Positions 23,086 to 34,299 are shown, counted from the stretch's first letter. The stretch is DNA of 64,000 bases from an uncultured Methanosarcinaceae archaeon (GCA_963833425.1 CAWHXP010000009.1:32001-96000); one strand, 5' to 3'. The notes: generated by a model from the letters alone, not told the origin. Made by a program: numbers and translations.

Positions 23086-24738
23086 TCATACGATATAGCT
23101 CTCATAATATGGATGATACATCTTTGATTCCACCAGTTTGATGATATGGTCGTCATAATTTGGTCTCTCCACCCGTGCAAACCCTCTTTCAAAGATCACC
23201 CTGGCCACGGCTTCCGCCATCGCGGTTGCCACAGTGACGATCTGGGATTCAGGCGGGAAGAGCATCTCCTTATCAATCTGCTCCCTTGTGAGCTGGTTCG
23301 CTAGTGTCTTGGCGGCAACGAGAAACATCTCATCGGTGACCCTTGTTGCTTCCGTTGCGAAGACGGCCATGCCCACTGGGGGGAATATCCATAGGTTATT
23401 GGCTTGTGCGGGCTGGAACTCACGGCCCTGGTAGGCGACCTGAGGGAACAGGACACCGGCTGCAAACAATGCCTTTCCATTGGAATATCTGTAGGCCTCT
23501 TCTGCAGTGCACTCTTCCTGAGTCGTCGGGTTGGAGAGTGGGAAGATTAACGGTCGTTCATTGATCTCGGCCATTGCCTGAATCACTTCTTTGGTGAATA
23601 AGTTCGGTTGGGTCGAAACTCCTACAATTGCCGTGGGCTTTATCGACTGAATAGATTCCACAAAAGACACCAGTGGCGAGTGCTCGTGAGCATACGGTTG
23701 CTTAAAGAACTCCAGACGTTCTCGACCTTTGACCACCAGGCCTTTCGTATCGAACATCCAGCACCGAGTCCGTGCTTGCTCGTCCGTCAGTCCCTCTTGT
23801 TTCATCGCATAGCAGAGCATATCTGCGATTCCCCGTGCTGCAGAGCCGGCACCGAGAAAGAGGATGGTATGCTCGCTGATCTTCTTCCCGGTGTAGCGCT
23901 CTGCCGAATAAAATCCAGCTGCTGTCACTGCACCAGTCCCTTGGATGTCGTCATTGAACATGCACACCTTCTCACGATATCTCTCCAGGAGTGAAACGGC
24001 ATGGTAATTGGCGAAATCTTCAAACTGGATACAACACCGGGGGAATAATTCCTGTACTGCCTGTACAAACTCATCCACTAGCGCGAGATATTCGGAGCCA
24101 TCTGTACGTGGCTGACGCAACCCCATATAGAGTGAGTCATTCAGGAGCTCCGGGGTGTTCGTCCCGACGTCCAGGTGTACCGGCAACTGGTACTGCGGAG
24201 GTACACCTGCGATCGCCGTGTACAGGGCGAGTTTTCCGATTGGTATGCCCATGCCATTTGTTCCTAGATCCCCAAGGCCCAGAATCCTTTCGCCGTCGGT
24301 GATGACGATAAACCGAACATCCTTCTCCGGCCACTGCTGCAATATAGATTTAATCTTTCCTTTATCCGCGAGTGAGAGATAGATTCCTCGTGTTTTCCGG
24401 AAGATATGACCGAACTTGAGACATGCCTCACCTACCGTTGGGTCATAGACAATCGGAAGGAACGTAGCAGGGTCCGAGATCAATAACCGATAATATAGGG
24501 TCTCGTTCCTGTCCTGCAAGTTGGCTAGGTACACAAATTTGTCGATATCTTGTGATAGATGAGATATCTGGCTTAATACACGCTGTACCTGCGTATCCTC
24601 GCTCTCGATAGCAGCAGGAAAGAATCCTTCTAGACCTAGAAGTCTTCGTTCTTCCAGTGAAAAGGCTCCGTCTTTATTATAGCGAGGGTTATTCAATAAC
24701 TCAATGCCTTTCGGGATATTTTTTTTCTCCATATACAA
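23086..24738 (-). CDS. maeA: NAD(P)-dependent malic enzyme (large-subunit type)
   Basis: TDGERILGLGDLG, IQFEDF, FNDDIQGTG, GAGSAA and LSNPT motifs. Confidence 0.92.
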   Translation of the reverse strand: MYMEKKNIPKGIELLNNPRYNKDGAFSLEERRLLGLEGFFPAAIESEDTQVQRVLSQISHLSQDIDKFVYLANLQDRNETLYYRLLISDPATFLPIVYDPTVGEACLKFGHIFRKTRGIYLSLADKGKIKSILQQWPEKDVRFIVITDGERILGLGDLGTNGMGIPIGKLALYTAIAGVPPQYQLPVHLDVGTNTPELLNDSLYMGLRQPRTDGSEYLALVDEFVQAVQELFPRCCIQFEDFANYHAVSLLERYREKVCMFNDDIQGTGAVTAAGFYSAERYTGKKISEHTILFLGAGSAARGIADMLCYAMKQEGLTDEQARTRCWMFDTKGLVVKGRERLEFFKQPYAHEHSPLVSFVESIQSIKPTAIVGVSTQPNLFTKEVIQAMAEINERPLIFPLSNPTTQEECTAEEAYRYSNGKALFAAGVLFPQVAYQGREFQPAQANNLWIFPPVGMAVFATEATRVTDEMFLVAAKTLANQLTREQIDKEMLFPPESQIVTVATAMAEAVARVIFERGFARVERPNYDDHIIKLVESKMYHPYYESYIV

Positions 24739-24891
24739 TCCCCTTTGATAATTTAGGATATTTGATGTTCTTAGATATTTATCGAAAATCCTACTCTAAT
24801 TTTCACGAGTTTTCGATGTAATATGTATAAGATCTGACAAAAATTAGGTGTTTATTGAAATCCTCTTTAGGACGCAATTACAATTATTTTC

Positions 24892-24991
24892 TTAATTATT
24901 TTAAATTGATTCTAAAAAAAATAGTTTCGGAATAAAATTTACTTTCTCATAAAATATTTTAATATCGAGCAATAATTTGAGATTAATTATG
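24892..24991 (-). promoter_or_regulatory. Conserved ~100-bp promoter module, copy 2
   Basis: Matches 19741-19838; upstream of the malic enzyme-fumC operon. Confidence 0.65.
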
Positions 24992-25232
24992 GATAATTTC
25001 GAATTACCTTTAATTTTTTTCTTCGTAAGAATCCTGTTTAAATCTTTCCGTAAATTTCTGTATTTGGTCTAATTTTTTCTTTTCTTGTTAATTATTCTTT
25101 GATTTTAAAGATAGCTTCGCTATCGTTAAAACACTCTTTTTTAATTCAGAGATCGTGATAGAGACAATGATGTAAACAGTGAGAATTTATTTAATGATTT
25201 GTCTGCACCCAGGGTAGCCTATCCCGAATTGT

Positions 25233-25329
25233 CCATAGATTTAAATTATTTTTTAGCTTCAAAACATTACATAATAAAGTAAGTTTTGTTCAGAAACTAT
25301 TTTTTGTGTAATTAATTTAAAATAATTAA
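25233..25329 (+). promoter_or_regulatory. Conserved ~100-bp promoter module, copy 3
   Basis: Reverse complement matches copies 1 and 2; contains TATA-like TTTAAAATA; upstream of ORF 25488. Confidence 0.65.
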
Positions 25330-25487
25330 ATGGATAAAAGCTACCTTGTAGCTTAAAGTGAACAGATAAAGAGTGAAAGAGTGGGGGAGGACCTGTAGGA
25401 AGTAGATAATTTTGATGAGCTTTGAAATTTTTTTACAACTGCTCATTAATGACTTTTGGATAGGCTCTAAGTCTCGAGGAGAACCAT

Positions 25488-26813
25488 ATGGAGCATCAAA
25501 CTCGAATTGTTACAAATGCAGATGAGCTTCAGGATGCAGTAAAGCACGGAGACGAACACATTACTGTCGAGGGCGAGATTCGCGGAATGCCGATGCTTAC
25601 CCTTCAACCGGGACAGACTTTGACTGGTGGAACATTGCATTTCGGTTCGAGTGGTGTGCAGTTGAGCCGCAATAACGCTCTCTCAGACATCACGATCAAT
25701 ACAAGTGAGTTTGAACGTGCAATTTTGAACGACACGGGTGTAATGGATTTAGGCACGCTCATGCTTCACAACGTCCGAACGACCGGGCAAGTAGCATTAT
25801 TAGCCGGCGGTGCAGCACGTGGTGGTCATGTGCACGTCGAGAATCTTCATATTAAATACGCTGATTTGCGCGGGCGTACCAAGCGACCTCATGCATATGG
25901 AGTAGACGTTATGCAGGGCGCGTTCACCTTGTGGAACACGCACACTGACGACGTAACTATCAGTGCTGAACTTCTAAATATTTCTGCAGGTAGTGCCGAA
26001 GCTCCTGTGCGTGGCAGCGGCGTTTTTGTCGGCGGCCAGGGAAAACCGGATGGCACACCAAACGGTGGACGTGTGCATGTGAAGTGCCTCACGACCGGCG
26101 AAATTCACACCGATGGCAACATCTCCGAGAATACTCCTGACCTGATTAGTGGCGGAGTGTTCGTGAGTTATGGTGCATGTGTGGAAAGTGTCGAGAATAT
26201 CGGAGCGGTTACGACTTACGGGCCAAATGATATGGTGCTTGATAACTGGGGCAACGTACGCGAGTGGATTGCACGCGCGCCCATCGTGTCACGAGGAACG
26301 AGTGGCATTGGATTTGTACAGTTTTATGAAATTGGCAGTTTGCATGTCGAAGCACCAATCGAAACCTTTGGCAGAGGAGCGCGTGGTTTTAATTTTTACG
26401 ACGGCACTTTACAAGATGCTTCGTTCCAGAGCATTACTACACACGGCGATGGGGGCGTTGGCATTCAAATCAGCCGCGATTTACTGCATCTGACTATTCA
26501 GGACGACGTTACGACACATGGCGGCGAAGGGGAAAGCCTGGTGAAAGGTAAAGTGCTAAAGCTCAAAGCATACGCTCTGAGTGTACTGAAAAACGGTCAC
26601 ATCGGCGAGTTAAGCGTCGGTGGCGCGCTATGTACCACCGGGCAAGGCGTTGTTACGTTAATTGTACAGGGGAGCATTGACTGTCTCAAAGTGCATAAGG
26701 GCATTCATGCATTCGGTCCGCAATCGGATGCCATTGTGATTGAAGGAGGTAATATCCCGCTCGAAGGTTTAGAGATTACTGCCCATGAAGGCGAAAAAAT
26801 TCGAATACAATAA
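25488..26813 (+). CDS. Hypothetical Gly/Val-rich protein, probable beta-helix fold
   Basis: 441-aa ORF, GC-richer than its flanks, repeated (I/V)xTxG turns, GAGGAG RBS. Confidence 0.7.
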   Translation: MEHQTRIVTNADELQDAVKHGDEHITVEGEIRGMPMLTLQPGQTLTGGTLHFGSSGVQLSRNNALSDITINTSEFERAILNDTGVMDLGTLMLHNVRTTGQVALLAGGAARGGHVHVENLHIKYADLRGRTKRPHAYGVDVMQGAFTLWNTHTDDVTISAELLNISAGSAEAPVRGSGVFVGGQGKPDGTPNGGRVHVKCLTTGEIHTDGNISENTPDLISGGVFVSYGACVESVENIGAVTTYGPNDMVLDNWGNVREWIARAPIVSRGTSGIGFVQFYEIGSLHVEAPIETFGRGARGFNFYDGTLQDASFQSITTHGDGGVGIQISRDLLHLTIQDDVTTHGGEGESLVKGKVLKLKAYALSVLKNGHIGELSVGGALCTTGQGVVTLIVQGSIDCLKVHKGIHAFGPQSDAIVIEGGNIPLEGLEITAHEGEKIRIQ

Positions 26814-26833
26814 CTAGATAGGAAGATACACAA

Positions 26834-27451
26834 ATGACAAGTATACCAATACGTGATCAGATTAATGATCGGCTGCTCACCCCGAAAAATGCAGCGCTTA
26901 TAATAATTGACTACCAGCCGGTTCAGGTGGCCTCTATAGTCTCGATGGATCGTAAGGTTCTGGTTGACAACATTGTGCGCGTTGCGAAGATTGCACGAAC
27001 ATATGAATTACCGGTCGTGCTGTCGACTGTGAACGTGAACAACGGTATCAATAAACCGACAATCCATCAGTTACAAGAAGTGCTGACCGGAATCGAGCCT
27101 CTGGACCGAACGGTGATCAATGCCTGGGAAGACAAAGAATTTGTCCAAGCTGTCAAAGCGACTGGTCGCAAGAAGCTAATCATGACAGCGCTGTGGACAG
27201 AAGCATGCCTCACTTTTCCTTCGCTCGACGCAATATATGGTGGCTATGAAGTCTACACTGTAGTTGATGCGGTTGCCGGAACCTCCGTCGAGGCACACCG
27301 TGCGGGGCTGAAGCGCATAATTCAGGCCGGTGGAAAACCAGTGAGTTGGGTGCAACTCGTATGTGAGCTTCAACGTGATTGGGCCCGCAAGGAAACAGTG
27401 CAGTCGTTCAAGCAGATTCTGTTCGGAACTGTCGAGCCTTGGAATGAGTAG
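26834..27451 (+). CDS. Isochorismatase-family hydrolase (YcaC-like)
   Basis: ALIIIDYQP, RTVINAWED and LWTEAC catalytic motifs. Confidence 0.88.
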   Translation: MTSIPIRDQINDRLLTPKNAALIIIDYQPVQVASIVSMDRKVLVDNIVRVAKIARTYELPVVLSTVNVNNGINKPTIHQLQEVLTGIEPLDRTVINAWEDKEFVQAVKATGRKKLIMTALWTEACLTFPSLDAIYGGYEVYTVVDAVAGTSVEAHRAGLKRIIQAGGKPVSWVQLVCELQRDWARKETVQSFKQILFGTVEPWNE

Positions 27452-27647
27452 AATGCTTATTGATTGATGCATTGGTAAACAGATGGATGTTTAGAACTGG
27501 CGGAGCAGATTCACTGAGGGAATGCTTGCTATATCTAACGCACTTTTGATTACACACTATGATGTTTGAAAAGTTCATCTTCCCAGTATATAAAAAATCA
27601 ATTAAGTAAAATTGCAGTAAAATCATGGAGGCAAACGTTCTACGAAT

Positions 27648-28466
27648 ATGATCACGATCAAAGATGGTACGCAGATTTATTATAAGGATTGGGGTAGCGG
27701 GCAGCCAGTGATTTTCAGCCATGGTTGGCCGCTGAGCGCGGACGCTTTTGAAGATCAGATGTTCTTTTTGGCTTCCCGAGGATATCGATGCATTGCACAT
27801 GACCGCCGTGGCCACGGACGTTCGAGCCAACCGTGGAACAGTAATGATATGGATACGTACGCTGACGATCTCGCGATGCTCATCGAAACACTTGACCTGA
27901 AGGACTCGATCTTTGTTGGCCACTCAACCGGAGGCTGAGAAGTTGCTCGTTATATCAGCCGCCACGGTACGAAACATGTGGCAAAGGTAGTTCTGATCGC
28001 CTCCGTACCGACGCTCATGCTCAAGACGCCCGACAATCCCAGTGGGACGCCGATCGAGGTGTTCGATCAAATGCGCGCCAACGTTGTCGCCGACCGCTCC
28101 CAGTTCTGGAAGGATGTCAGCTTGTCGTTCTACGGCTACAACCGCCCGGGCGCAAAGGTATCGGAAGGAGTGCTCGAGTCATTCTGGCTCCAGGGGATGA
28201 TGGCGGGCTTCCCTGCCGCATATTTTTGCATCAAAGCGTTCTCCGAGACGGATCAAAACGAGGACCTGAAGAAGATCGACGTACCGACGCTCATCATTCA
28301 GGGCGACGAAGACCAGATCGTGCCGTTCGCCGACTCTGGCCTGCTCCAGTCCAAGATCGTCAAAGGCTCGGTCCTGAAGGTCTATAATAAGGGCGCCCCG
28401 CACGGTCTGTGCACCACCCACAAAAACCAGGTAAATGAGGACTTGTTCTCATTTTACAAAGCCTGA
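27648..28466 (+). pseudogene. Non-heme chloroperoxidase-type alpha/beta hydrolase with one internal TGA
   Basis: [25 protein letters not shown] (TGA at 27936-27938, expected GGA), GDEDQIVP and APHG all in one frame. Confidence 0.85.
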
Positions 28467-28771
28467 GCATGAAGGCTTCGCAACGTCTCTAGCAGATAAT
28501 AGCGCTTGGCCATGCGAGCATCCAACGAGACGAGTCAAATCTGGACCAGCCTAGCTTTGCGTACTAAGGAGGTTGCAAATCAGAGATCGGTATCGATGGA
28601 AGTGGGCGCAAAGATAAAGCTAATGGGTAAAGTGACAGAAAGGAAAGAGACTGAGAAGAGGTCCATGGATGCAACTTTATCACATTATTCCGTTAATGTA
28701 ACTACAAATACATATTAAACGAAAAAAGACGTGAAAGCACGCTCTTCGAGTTCAGAATACGAGGTGATCAA

Positions 28772-29674
28772 TTGACAAATTCCAGTTTTGACAACGAAGC
28801 AGCTGTCGGTGTTATCGGCTTAGGGATCATGGGAAGCTCTTTTGTTTTTAATCTCCTGTCAAAAGGCTATAATGTTCACGTCTATAACAGGACTGAGGAA
28901 AAAGCTAAATCGCTCATCAAAAAGGGTGCCATTTTCCATTCTACACCAAGAGAGCTCGCTTTGGTAGCAGACATTATTATGACATCCTTGACTGATCAAA
29001 ATGCCGTTGACACTGTAGCATTTGGAGAAGATGGATTTCTCAATGGAGTGAAGAAAGGTTGTTTGTGGATTGATTTGAGTACAATAGATCCTTTAGCATC
29101 GATCAGACATTCCAAAGCAGCAAAACAGGCAGGCTTAGAAAGACTAGACACTCCTGTGGTGGGAAGTAAGGACCAGGCTTTAAAAGGAAATCTTATCATT
29201 CTGGTTGGAGGAAGCCATGAAGTATTTCAAAAATATGAGGCATTTCTCAAAGACGTTGGCAAGACTGTAATTTACTTAGGAATAGATGGCAACGGTCACA
29301 AAATGAAGCTGGCAATTAACTTGTATCTCGGACTTTTTGCGCAATCATTCTCTGAAGCCCTGGTTTTCTCACAAAAGCTTGGTTTCGACGCCAAAACTTT
29401 CGTTGATACCGTTAACAAGACTCCACACCGTAACTATATTTCCGAAGGCAAGGGACCTAAAATCGTAGAAGGCAATTTCGAACCAGCTTTCTCACTAAAT
29501 AACCTATTCAAAGATTTGAAGCTCATAAACGAACAAATAACTAAAACAGGGACTATATTACCAATGACAATTGTGGCCATCAAGGAATACTCTGAAGCAG
29601 TACAAAATGGTGAAGGGCAGAAAGACTTCAGCGTCATTGCATTGGAAATCCAACGTAAAAATGGATTAGCTTAA
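28772..29674 (+). CDS. NAD(P)-dependent beta-hydroxyacid dehydrogenase (3-HIBADH / 6PGDH-like)
   Basis: VIGLGIMG, YNRT, DTPVVGS and KMKLAIN motifs. Confidence 0.88.
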   Translation: MTNSSFDNEAAVGVIGLGIMGSSFVFNLLSKGYNVHVYNRTEEKAKSLIKKGAIFHSTPRELALVADIIMTSLTDQNAVDTVAFGEDGFLNGVKKGCLWIDLSTIDPLASIRHSKAAKQAGLERLDTPVVGSKDQALKGNLIILVGGSHEVFQKYEAFLKDVGKTVIYLGIDGNGHKMKLAINLYLGLFAQSFSEALVFSQKLGFDAKTFVDTVNKTPHRNYISEGKGPKIVEGNFEPAFSLNNLFKDLKLINEQITKTGTILPMTIVAIKEYSEAVQNGEGQKDFSVIALEIQRKNGLA

Positions 29675-29877
29675 ATCATAAGAATCTGATCAAACTTAGC
29701 CATGAGAATGCAAAAACCAAAGAAAACCGGCATTCTACACCAGAAATTTAGATCATGTCAAAAGTTTAGCTCTATTATAAAAAGCTTAAAAACAAGGAAT
29801 GAATCGTATAAAGCACAAAGATAATAAAAAATGACAATATGACAAATACGAACTAGATACTAATAATATACTAATAT

Positions 29878-29901
29878 AATAATAATAATAATAATAATAA
29901 T
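29878..29901. repeat. (AAT)8 microsatellite
   Basis: Read directly from the sequence. Confidence 0.85.
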
Positions 29902-30204
29902 GCTATCTTCTTCTCTGTCCTTGTCATTTGTGTCGTTGTCTTTTGTTTTGAGGAGATAGTTTTCATGTTTTGTAAAATTAAAAATAGAAAATTACTTTTG
30001 CAGTATACCTAAATTTCTATAAATTCTAAATTAATTATGTATCCCACTTTTACATCGTCACCCCTGTCACCAAAACTATCGTCCAAATGTACAGTCCAAA
30101 ACCCCTTAGCCAACGTAAACACTTTAACGACTCTATGATCGATTTTTTGGTGGTTAGCATCTTTCCAGCCATTGAATAAGAACCTTACTATGAGTCTATG
30201 AATG

Positions 30205-30425
30205 GCCTATCCTGTGGTTGATAATATGTGCGATGGAAACAATAGAAATCCCCTATATCCCTATTCCCGAATCTGTTTCTCCACCAGCGATAAATTATGA
30301 GACCAAAATCCCGGCCATGATCACTAATGTAGGTAAAAGAGTGCTCTCAAAGCTTATGGACAGCTCTGAAATGATATTAGTTACAGCTCCAGTTTCAGAG
30401 AAGGCTGCGATGCTTTCCATATGAT
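30205..30425 (-). pseudogene. Internal fragment of a membrane H+/Na+-translocating pyrophosphatase
   Basis: Minus strand reads SIAAFSETGAVTNIISELSISFESTLLPTLVIMAGILVS*FIAGG..GI*GISI, resembling the HppA S.TG.ATNIISGL..G.ES segment. Confidence 0.55.
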
Positions 30426-30708
30426 GTACTTATAGAAATTCTTCCAATATATATAAATCTATAATAACAGTGTTGAAGAACATAATATGAAACCGTTTCC
30501 ATTATAAATAGGGTGTTTTTAAATTTACTATATATTTTTTTTAATTCTAAACATCCTATAATGATTATGCACATATCTTTATTAACTCAAATATGGAGAA
30601 TAAATAGATTAGGCGATTTATGAGAGGATTTGTTTCCTTATTTAGCTCCCACTACTTTTATTTATTTACATTTTTTTCTCAATAGTTCTCAAAGGGCCTA
30701 TTCCTATC

Positions 30709-31458
30709 AGAGAACACAGTAACAAAAATGAACGAAAATGAGAGGCGGATAATCCAATATATAGAGAGTAAAGGGAAATGCACAATTAATGATATATCAA
30801 GTTATACAGACATTGAATATCAAAGCGTGAATCGAGCCTTAGTTGGTAGGAAAGACAGAGAAGCCGGTGGGCTCCTTGACAAGATTAAGGGATTAAAAAT
30901 GGAAGAAGAACCTGATACAAATTATGTGAGAAATGGAGACACACTAATAAGCAGTAGTGGTAGGAAGGCTTTCAAATTTAGTATAGATAAATCAAAGTTT
31001 AATTTTTGGTCCTTATTTGATAAGGAGTTTATCTTCATGAAGGATGCTTGATCAAGGTACAAAGGCAACTGATTCTGTTATTCCCGAATATTCCCATTCA
31101 TCCCAAAATATTCCCGTTTTATTCCCAGTAAAACGCAGTCAGTTGACATTTTGTTCCCAAAATCCCGAAAATGCAAGAAAGAAAATATATTTTCTATTTT
31201 TTGACATTCTAATATTTCGGATATTATTTTAAAAAATCCTATATCATTTTTTTATTTTGGGAACATAACCCCCCTTATTTTATGATTTTTCAATCCATTG
31301 TTATTGTTTTTATATTATTTTTAATGAGAATATAATGGGAAAATAACGGGAATAATTGGGAACTTTGGGGAATATAAATCACAGAAGACATACTTGCAAT
31401 AAGAAGTATATATGAACTAACAATTGGGGAAGCATTAAATATCACATTTTGCTCTGTT
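30709..31458 (+). repeat. Diverged second copy of the rep 3' end plus iteron origin
   Basis: Aligns by eye with ~14868-15612. ORF 30728-31051 is the paralogous C-terminal 107 aa of Rep; iterons at 31078-31374. Confidence 0.9.
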
Positions 31459-32517
31459 TCTCAACATCTTTCAAAAGAAAAAATGAATGTCTTTAGGTTA
31501 ATAAGCTTTTGAAATAGTGTTTTAGATCATAGCAGAGATGTATGCTGAATTAACAGTAGAGCTGTTTCCTGTTCCCCTGTAAAAAAACGGCATAGATATA
31601 AATGTTTACGAAATTCAGTATATATGGAAATAAGAAAGTATTTACAAGGAAAAAACAGCAAGTTTTAATACTGAATAAACAAGCACTTTGATTAATAATA
31701 TATTAGTTACTTTTTTGGGGTTTGTAAAGTCTAGCTCCCCCCGAAATCCTAGAAAATGCCTCTAACGACCTTATAATGGCTCATATTTAAATTGACGCCT
31801 ATAAACCCCGCTTCTATACAGAATAAATGGAAATAACTATTCAACCCATAAATCAGATTGATTTTAATTGTTCTATCGCATGCTTTTGTTGCTTCATTTG
31901 ACTTACCCAATTGTCTAAAGAAAATCGCTTTATTGTACCAAGCCGTTGAATATTGTGGATTAACTTAAATTCCTAAATTGCTGGTTTTTCACTTTAACGT
32001 TGCACACACATTAATGGAAAGAAGATTCAAAATCTGGTTATTTTCTATAATCACTCTGTTGCTAATTTCCACTTTAAAGGTGTATGTTTTATGATATGAT
32101 GAAGACTTTCACTTAAGGGGAGTTTGACTTTTGTTCATCATCCATATATTTTCATGCTTATTCTGAGATTTTTGCAACGGAATCAGCGCCCACTACAACA
32201 GGCAGCCCTTTAAGGAATCACTTAAATACAAATACTAACCAGTAGATATTTACACAAGATAATGAGAAATACTGAAAATGGATCAATTATTTTATATCAC
32301 GATTGATACATGGAACCTATGATGCAAATTTTGGTATTGTATAGGCTTTAGACAGAGTAATTCGGAATTGCAGCAAAGGGAATTTAATTTTGGAATAATA
32401 GATGACTTATTGACTACTGAAAATTACGTAATTCAGATTTGAAAAAGAGATTTTTTCTTTAAAAATAATAAACCAAAGTGAAATATGATGTCAATTGATT
32501 GATATGTAGGAAGAACA

Positions 32518-33630
32518 ATGACTACTTCTTCTTCTCAAAAATATTTCCACCAAAAAAAAACTCTTATTATCGGCTCAGCTAATTCAACCAGGCTAATTAT
32601 TGAACCTACTAGTGAATATATCCAAGGGAACAAATATATATTACCTAGTAAATGCTTTTTTGAACATGCAGGAGGGGGCGGGATTAATTATGCAGCAAGG
32701 TTACTTTCTTTAGGGATAAACACCATACCAGTTTTATCCATTGCAAACGATATTTATGGTATTGAAATTAAAAAAGCATTGATTCAAGCCTCAAAAAAGG
32801 GACACGTTGATTTTTATCCAGATTTAGTATCATTAATGGATGCAGACGAAAATCGGACCCCAAGTAGTACAATTATTAAAAATGGTATCAACACTAAAAT
32901 ATACATTGAATTATCAAAAAAAATCATCGATAATTTTCCGAATCATTATCATAATGTTATTAAAACAATAGCTCAAGACCTAGATTTTATTTTTATTGGT
33001 CATATACCGTCTGATTTTCAGAATAATGGCTTTTTAACAAAGGAAATTATCAATTCCTTTAATGAAAAACATATTCCAATTTATGCAAACTTTGGATTGT
33101 CTCAAATTATTCAGGGATTTGATGCCTGGAAAGATATTTTATCAAAGATTGACTTTTTGCAATTAAATCTTTTTGAATTTAAAAAATTTTTTTACCACCA
33201 AGAGATTCGACACCTTTCACAAGTATTAGATCAATTAAGAAATTACTGCACAATAATTATTACATGTGGGGGATTAGGTGCTTTAGTCCAAGCTAAAAAA
33301 TCCCAAAAAATAATATACGTTCGGCCTTACGAACTTTCAAAAGATGAAATAATTGGTACTGATGGTGCAGGGGACGCATTTGGTGCAGCTTTATTAAGTT
33401 GTTTAATTCAAAAATATCCCAAAACTGGGGAAATACCAAGAACTGCACTACATATAGCAAATATTTGTGCTGCTCATTCATGTACAATGGATTTTTCCTC
33501 TAATATATTTCCGGATTTGAATGAACTAAATAACTTCTCAAATAATCAAGTTTCTCCTTTAATTGAAAATTTTAACATTAGAGATGGTAATCAAATCTTA
33601 AATATAATTGACAGTGAATTTTTTTCATAA
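32518..33630 (+). CDS. PfkB/ribokinase-family kinase
   Basis: AGGGGINYA N-terminal motif, LQLNLFE, GTDGAGDAFGA signature. Confidence 0.85.
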   Translation: MTTSSSQKYFHQKKTLIIGSANSTRLIIEPTSEYIQGNKYILPSKCFFEHAGGGGINYAARLLSLGINTIPVLSIANDIYGIEIKKALIQASKKGHVDFYPDLVSLMDADENRTPSSTIIKNGINTKIYIELSKKIIDNFPNHYHNVIKTIAQDLDFIFIGHIPSDFQNNGFLTKEIINSFNEKHIPIYANFGLSQIIQGFDAWKDILSKIDFLQLNLFEFKKFFYHQEIRHLSQVLDQLRNYCTIIITCGGLGALVQAKKSQKIIYVRPYELSKDEIIGTDGAGDAFGAALLSCLIQKYPKTGEIPRTALHIANICAAHSCTMDFSSNIFPDLNELNNFSNNQVSPLIENFNIRDGNQILNIIDSEFFS

Positions 33631-34299
33631 AGACCTCGCTGCCGTGAAGTAGAACCCATTCTTTTAGATTTAAATGATCTGTCTGCGAGCGGTTGAAACA
33701 GTTTTCGATCGCAATACCAACTTGATCAATTATTTCATCGAGGATGTACTTCTTACGAAAGTCAAACCCACAGATTTTTTCCTCCTATTTATCGCATTAG
33801 GATATGGACAGAGGATCCATCTCTAAGGTCAATTTCACATCCATGTTCTTCGACGCAGTATGACCTTCAATAGCGACAGCCTAGTTTTAGGAACACGATA
33901 CTGAGCGCAAAAGTTATCCCAGCTCCATTTGTTCATGATCTGGACTCTCAAAAGAATATTTCATATCTGTTGCGCTTGTGGCCTGTGCGGTCTAATAGGA
34001 GTTTTAGGACTAGCTTTACATAAGAAAAGTTGAATAATAAAGCTTATTAATTTGTTAGTATTCACGAATAAACTGGGCAGCGATGAATTTTGGTATTCGT
34101 GCACAGGCATAAGTATATGCCAAGATGGATCCGATATGTGTAAAAAAGCCTCTGACTTATAAAAGATTTATTTAACTTACTGCGTCTAGTCAAAACAGGA
34201 TATTAAGATTGAATAAGCAAAAAATATTTCCATCAACAAATACCGAGCATATAGCAAGTAGTCAATTTATTAGTCACGCAGAAGAAGCCATAAAATATA

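Noticed and set aside
21602..24382. Numerous overlapping ORFs opposite fumC/mae (and opposite thi4, sodC, DEAD helicase, GT2)
   Set aside because: Antisense shadows of well-supported genes with no motifs of their own.
27936..27938. Selenocysteine recoding of the in-frame TGA
   Set aside because: The position is a conserved Gly after GHSTGG (GGA to TGA), and Methanosarcina are not known to use Sec; a nonsense mutation is simpler.
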